Assembly (NCBI GenBank): GCA_900617105.1
Contig: UYFQ01000004.1
Location: 186,001 to 250,000 of the forward strand
Reading direction: 5' to 3'
From: Hydrurus foetidus
Taxonomy: Eukaryota
Length of the DNA: 64,000 nucleotides
Shown here: positions 59,163 through 64,000 of the stretch, piece after piece
Layout: every line of letters begins with the position of its first letter
Numbering within the stretch: position 1 is the stretch's first letter
The notes under the pieces: model-generated
Database searches by the model: none
Told to the model about the DNA's origin: nothing
The model's input: only the letters and a program-made list of their open reading frames with translations
Program-made: the position numbers and the translations under genes

Positions 59163-61856
59163 TTAAAGCTGAATATCAGTATCACCATCCGAGGCCGTGG
59201 GCCCGGATGCTCTCGTTGCGGGCTGCGCAACCGTTTTGTCGAAATTGTTCTCCGCCACGGGCTTTGCGGCCAAGAATGCCTGTGTTTTTTCGTCTGCACT
59301 CGTCGCGACTGGGATCGCAGGCCGAGCCGTCTCAGTTCTGCTTGGGTCCAAGTCCGCCGCCACGTCACGCAAATCGGCCGCAAACTGCTCTCCATCCTGG
59401 TAGCGCAACTCGGGACGCTTAGTCAAAGACAGGGTCACCACATTTGCCAGGGACACGGGCAAGTCCGGACGCACCACGCGAATATCCGGCGCCTCTTCAT
59501 TTGCAATTTTGAACATAAGTTCGGCCATGGAGTCGCCGCGGAAAGGCAAAACCCCAGTCAACATTTGAAACAACATGACGCCCAGGGAATACAAGTCAGA
59601 GCGACCATCCACTTTTTTACCTGCCAACTGCTCTGGCGACATGAAACTGGGCGTGCCCAACACCAGCCCCGTTTTGGTTTTGCTGGAGTCCGTAATGCGT
59701 GCAATCCCAAAATCGGTGACCTTGACCGTATCGGTTTCGCGCTCGTACATGATGTTGGCCGGCTTGATGTCCCGGTGCACCACGGATTGCTTGTGCGCAT
59801 ACGCCAACGCCTCAGCGACTCTAGCTACCAGGCTCAGCACCAGCGACACGGGCAACAAATTGTCGCCCTTGCAGAATTCGACCAAGTCACGCCCTTTGAG
59901 AAACTCCATGGCTATATATGCCAAGTCGTGTTCCTCGCCCGCATCGAAAATGGTCACAATGTTTTGGTGCTGTAGGCGGCCAGCAGTCTCGGCTTCGCGG
60001 AAAAAACGCTCTCGGGCGTCCGTCAGCTCCTCACCTGCAAACTCTTGGCTCAACGCCATGGTTTTGATCGCCACAACCCGGCCGATCTTGGGATCCTTGC
60101 CCAAATAAACCACACCCATCGCGCCCTTGCCAAGCTCTTTTTCCACCTGGTAGCGACCCAGCATCGGCTTCTCGACAGCACCACCTTCGAGCAACATAGT
60201 GCCGCCGGGGTGGCCGCCACCGCCACCCAAGATCACGGTTTCCGAGAGGTTTTTTGCGCGACTCAACTTGGTCTGGATGTCTTTGTAGTTTTTGTCAAAG
60301 GCAGCCATGTGCTGATAGACGGATTCTGCCTTGTTGAATTGACGCTTGCGTTCAAAGTCCAGCGCCAAACTGTACAAATTGCCCATCACCGCCTCAGCCA
60401 ACGGCACGCGGCGGAAACGGTCAAAAGCCATGTCCAGTTGCCCCTGCCCTTGCAAGGCCAAGCCCATCATGCGGTTGGTTTCTGCGGACTCTTCATCAGC
60501 CTTCACCTTACCTGCCTCGGTGACCAAGAAGCGCTTGGTCGTCAATGCCAGATGCCCCAACACCAACACCGTGGCCGGAAACACCAGCTTCAACCAAGTT
60601 GCGGCTGCCGACAAGAGGCCAAACTCTACGACCAGCAAGGCCACGAACAGCCCCAAGGTCACTGCTGCGGCAGTACCGGCCGACAAACGAGGCAAGCCCG
60701 CGACCACATAAACAACAACCACCAGAAAGGCCAGCAAACTGACCCATACACCCCAACCAGGCTGCACGATAAAGTGCTCATTCAAGATGCTCGAAGTGAT
60801 GTGGGCAATCGTCTCCGCTGGCGACAGGGCCGCATTGCCCGGCACCGGGAATTGAACACCCACGCCAGCCGCTGTGGCCCCAATGATCACAATTTTGTCG
60901 GCGTACTTGCTGGGGGGTATCTTCCCAGTCAGCACGTCATAGAAGGAGTCCACCGCAAAGGCCGGCTTGCCGTCTTTGCCCTTGTAAAACTGCGGCAGCA
61001 TCAGAGCGGCCTCGTCGGTTTTGATCTTCAGCCTGCCAATCTGGACCGAATCGCCAGCATTCAGCTTCACATCAGCCGGGGAAAGGTTCAAGCTCTTAAC
61101 GGCTGCCAACAAAGCCATCGAAGGGACGGCTTTGCCGTAGTAGTTCACCAACAGTGGCTCAAGACGCACAGCGCCATCCACATCCGGAAACTGGTTCAAG
61201 TGCCCAATGCCCGCTGCGGCTGTGCCCACGCTCTCTATAGGCTGCTGACCCCGCACTGCTGGGATGGAGAAGCCACTGGCGTCGTCGAGCGCACTTTTCA
61301 GTGCGTAAGCGGGAAGCGGATTGTCCGGTCGCCCCTGAGGCTCGCCCAAAGTGAACACTGACGGAATCAAAACACTGCCTGCATTCTGCAAGCTGGTCGC
61401 CAACTTGGCATCGGTATCCAGCGCGGTCTCTGCCTCGGCGATCAGCTTCACCACCGACTCATTTGCCGCCGCCCCATCCATAGGCGCCTCCAGCGCAGCC
61501 TTCATCTTGCGAATGAAGACCAGACCCGGATCCACCTGAGGTTCAAAAAAGAACGCCGTATGCACGATGGTTTTGGCTTTGGCCGCAGCCAGCGTATCGA
61601 TCAGCTTGGCGTGGATGTCCCGAGGCCAGGGCCAGCGCCCAAGGTTGGCAATGCTTTGGTCATCAATTGCGATGACAGCGATGCGGTCAGAAGGTTGGCG
61701 TGACGTGCTGGTACTCGCAAAATCATAAAACCGGCGTTCCAAAGTTCCAATGAAATCGGTCGATAGATGCAGCACCACGGCCACCACCACGATCGCCAGC
61801 CCAGCAAGCCAGTCCGCACGCCAGAATGATTGTGTCTTTGAAGAAGATTTCGCCAA
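59163..61856 (-). CDS. CHASE2-domain Hanks-type Ser/Thr protein kinase
   Basis: IDDQSI..LGRWPWPR; LGKGAMGVVY, VAIK, HRDIKPAN, DFG, GTPSFMSPE. Confidence 0.94.
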   Translation of the reverse strand: MAKSSSKTQSFWRADWLAGLAIVVVAVVLHLSTDFIGTLERRFYDFASTSTSRQPSDRIAVIAIDDQSIANLGRWPWPRDIHAKLIDTLAAAKAKTIVHTAFFFEPQVDPGLVFIRKMKAALEAPMDGAAANESVVKLIAEAETALDTDAKLATSLQNAGSVLIPSVFTLGEPQGRPDNPLPAYALKSALDDASGFSIPAVRGQQPIESVGTAAAGIGHLNQFPDVDGAVRLEPLLVNYYGKAVPSMALLAAVKSLNLSPADVKLNAGDSVQIGRLKIKTDEAALMLPQFYKGKDGKPAFAVDSFYDVLTGKIPPSKYADKIVIIGATAAGVGVQFPVPGNAALSPAETIAHITSSILNEHFIVQPGWGVWVSLLAFLVVVVYVVAGLPRLSAGTAAAVTLGLFVALLVVEFGLLSAAATWLKLVFPATVLVLGHLALTTKRFLVTEAGKVKADEESAETNRMMGLALQGQGQLDMAFDRFRRVPLAEAVMGNLYSLALDFERKRQFNKAESVYQHMAAFDKNYKDIQTKLSRAKNLSETVILGGGGGHPGGTMLLEGGAVEKPMLGRYQVEKELGKGAMGVVYLGKDPKIGRVVAIKTMALSQEFAGEELTDARERFFREAETAGRLQHQNIVTIFDAGEEHDLAYIAMEFLKGRDLVEFCKGDNLLPVSLVLSLVARVAEALAYAHKQSVVHRDIKPANIMYERETDTVKVTDFGIARITDSSKTKTGLVLGTPSFMSPEQLAGKKVDGRSDLYSLGVMLFQMLTGVLPFRGDSMAELMFKIANEEAPDIRVVRPDLPVSLANVVTLSLTKRPELRYQDGEQFAADLRDVAADLDPSRTETARPAIPVATSADEKTQAFLAAKPVAENNFDKTVAQPATRASGPTASDGDTDIQL

Positions 61857-62057
61857 TTGCTATCCCCAACACCATGCCTTATCGGCGCATATTGATCTAC
61901 CCACACTCCCGCCCGCCTCACACGGTTAGGAGCCAAGGTAGGGACGTTAGCAGACGATCCCGCAACCGACAAGGGACTTCTTCACGGGACTTCTCGCTTT
62001 TGCGACAAGTGGAGGCCCTTCGCGACAGGCGGCGCCCCTTTTGCCCCGTGTCCCGTC

Positions 62058-62738
62058 CTATGTGGAGCGCGCCTTGCGCTTCTCCAACACGATTCCCATA
62101 CCCAGCACCAGACCGGCGCCCAGCACTGCCGCCGCGTAGTGCACCCAACCGTGGTTGACCATCCAGCCGCTGAACGCGCCGTCACTTGCAATGGTTTCAC
62201 CGCCAACCCAACCGATCAAGGTGGCACCCAAGGTGATGATCACCGGGAAACGCTCCATCAGGCGAATCATCAGCGTACTGCCAAAGATAACCAGAGGAAT
62301 GCTGATGGCCAGGCCCAGAATCAGCAGCAGCATGCTGCCCTTGGCCGCCGCAGCCACCGCGATCACATTGTCCAGGCTCATCACCAGGTCCGCAATCAAG
62401 ATGGTCCGCACAGCGGCCAACATGCTGCCGGTGTTTTTGCCGTGTCCGTCCTCGCCGTCGTCGTCACTCATCAGTTGCGCGCCAATCCATAGAAGCAAGA
62501 TGCCACCAATCACCTGTAAAAAGGAGATTTCCAGCAATTTAGCTGCCACTACGGTGAGGCCAATCCGCAAGACCACCGCCGCGCCAGAGCCAAAAAGAAT
62601 GGCCTTTTTTTGCTGCTCTGGTGGCAGAGAACGGGCCGCCAGAGCGATCACCACGGCGTTGTCCCCGGACAAAATGATATTGATCCAGACGATCTTGATC
62701 AGACCAATCCAAAAGTCAACGCTCTGAAGAATTTCCAT
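62058..62738 (-). CDS. TerC family (YjbE-like) membrane protein
   Basis: INIILSGDNAVVIALA, ADLVMSLDNVIAVA. Confidence 0.92.
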   Translation of the reverse strand: MEILQSVDFWIGLIKIVWINIILSGDNAVVIALAARSLPPEQQKKAILFGSGAAVVLRIGLTVVAAKLLEISFLQVIGGILLLWIGAQLMSDDDGEDGHGKNTGSMLAAVRTILIADLVMSLDNVIAVAAAAKGSMLLLILGLAISIPLVIFGSTLMIRLMERFPVIITLGATLIGWVGGETIASDGAFSGWMVNHGWVHYAAAVLGAGLVLGMGIVLEKRKARST

Positions 62739-62760
62739 GATTGCACTCCGCCCCACAAAC

Positions 62761-62795
62761 AAAAAAAGTGCCCGGACACGACGTGTGGGCACTTT
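62761..62795 (-). terminator. Putative terminator after sucD
   Basis: Minus strand AAAGTGCCC...GGGCACTTT followed by a T run. Confidence 0.7.
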
Positions 62796-62843
62796 GCTCT
62801 GAGAGGGAAACCCCTCGCGTCGGCTACTGAACCAACGCTGGAA

Positions 62844-63737
62844 TTACAGCATGGCCTTGAGCAGTTTCGCCATTTCAGACGGGTTGCGCGTGACGGTAAA
62901 ACCACACTCTTCCATCACTGCCAGCTTGGCATCGGCCGTATCGGCACCGCCGGAGATCAGTGCACCGGCGTGGCCCATGCGCTTGCCCGGGGGCGCGGTC
63001 ACGCCAGCGATGAAGCCAACGATAGGCTTCTTCATGTTCAGCTTGCACCAGCGGGCGGCTTCGGCTTCGTCTGGACCACCGATTTCGCCGATCATGATGA
63101 CCGCGTCGGTATCAGGATCGTCGTTGAACGCGCGCATCACGTCGATGTGCTTCAAACCGTTGATCGGGTCACCACCAATGCCGACGGCGCTGGACTGGCC
63201 CAGGCCGATTTCGGTCAGCTGTGCCACCGCTTCGTAGGTCAGTGTGCCGGAGCGACTGACCACACCAATGCGGCCTTTGCGGTGAATGTGACCTGGCATG
63301 ATGCCGATTTTGATTTCGTCAGGCGTGATGAGGCCAGGGCAGTTAGGCCCGAGCAACAAAGTCTTCTTGCCGCCAGCGGCTTCTTTGGCCTTCATGCGGT
63401 TGCGCACTTCGAGCATGTCCTTGACGGGGATGCCTTCGGTGATACAGATGGCCAAGTCCAGGTCAGCTTCGACGGCTTCCCAGATGGCAGCAGCAGCGCC
63501 AGCGGGTGGCACGTAAATCACTGACACGGTAGCGCCGGTTTCAGAAGCGGCTTCTTTCACCGACGCAAAAATCGGGATGTTGAAGATTTTTTCGCCAGCT
63601 TTCTTGGGGTTCACACCCGCAACAAAAGCGTTTTTACCGTTGGCGTATTCCTGGCACTTTTCAGTGTGGAACTGGCCGGTCTTGCCGGTAATGCCTTGGG
63701 TGATGACTTTGGTATTTTCGTTAATGAGGATCGACAT
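62844..63737 (-). CDS. sucD: Succinyl-CoA synthetase alpha subunit
   Basis: QGITGKTG.FH, GPNCPG, SRSGTLTYE, RMGHAGA. Confidence 0.98.
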   Translation of the reverse strand: MSILINENTKVITQGITGKTGQFHTEKCQEYANGKNAFVAGVNPKKAGEKIFNIPIFASVKEAASETGATVSVIYVPPAGAAAAIWEAVEADLDLAICITEGIPVKDMLEVRNRMKAKEAAGGKKTLLLGPNCPGLITPDEIKIGIMPGHIHRKGRIGVVSRSGTLTYEAVAQLTEIGLGQSSAVGIGGDPINGLKHIDVMRAFNDDPDTDAVIMIGEIGGPDEAEAARWCKLNMKKPIVGFIAGVTAPPGKRMGHAGALISGGADTADAKLAVMEECGFTVTRNPSEMAKLLKAML

Positions 63738-63766
63738 GGTGGATTCCTTGAGGCTTGTCTGAGGGT

Positions 63767-63965
63767 TTAAGCAGCCGCTTTGGCAGCAGCTTTAACCGCA
63801 GCAACCACTTTTTCAGCGGCGTCGGCCATGGTGTCAGCACTGATGATGGGCAGACCGGACTCGGCCAGCATCTTCTTGCCCAGGTCTTCGTTGGTGCCCT
63901 TCATGCGCACAACCAATGGCACGGACAAGTTCACCGCTTTGCAAGCTGTGATCACGCCGGTGGCA

Positions 63966-64000
<35 letters not shown>
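63767..64000 (-). CDS. sucC: Succinyl-CoA synthetase beta subunit, 3' end
   Basis: [20 protein letters not shown]. Confidence 0.95.

Noticed and set aside
1..64000. tRNA or rRNA genes
   Set aside because: None recognised in the window.

Overview
GC-rich betaproteobacterial chromosome; gene content and an interspersed repeat suggest Comamonadaceae (inference). Housekeeping genes (yhdP, glnE, purB, yaeQ, sucCD) surround three accessory blocks. (1) A ~24.5 kb island (~4640-29150) with a complete type III-B (Cmr) CRISPR-Cas system: NE0113-family CARF with a putative wHTH, cmr1-6 with cyclase-motif Cas10, a HEPN/MNT pair, a Card1/Can2-like CARF nuclease, cas6, a second stop-interrupted CARF nuclease, a small hydrophobic ORF, an unusual cas2-cas1-(degenerate cas1)-cas2 adaptation module and an 80-spacer array. 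A 14-bp palindrome recurs upstream of three of its transcription units, and many spacers overlap or re-target the same invader on the antisense strand. The island is bounded by IS remnants, a duplicated DMT gene fragment and a truncated phospholipase D gene. (2) A fatty-acid modification cluster (FAD oxidoreductase, DUF1365, CFA-type methylase and others). (3) A lower-GC type IV pilin/O-glycosylation locus downstream of a CHASE2 kinase, PP2C, FHA, CHASE2 cyclase, phosphodiesterase and GAF-PilB signalling cluster. All calls come from reading motifs by eye; no database searches were run.
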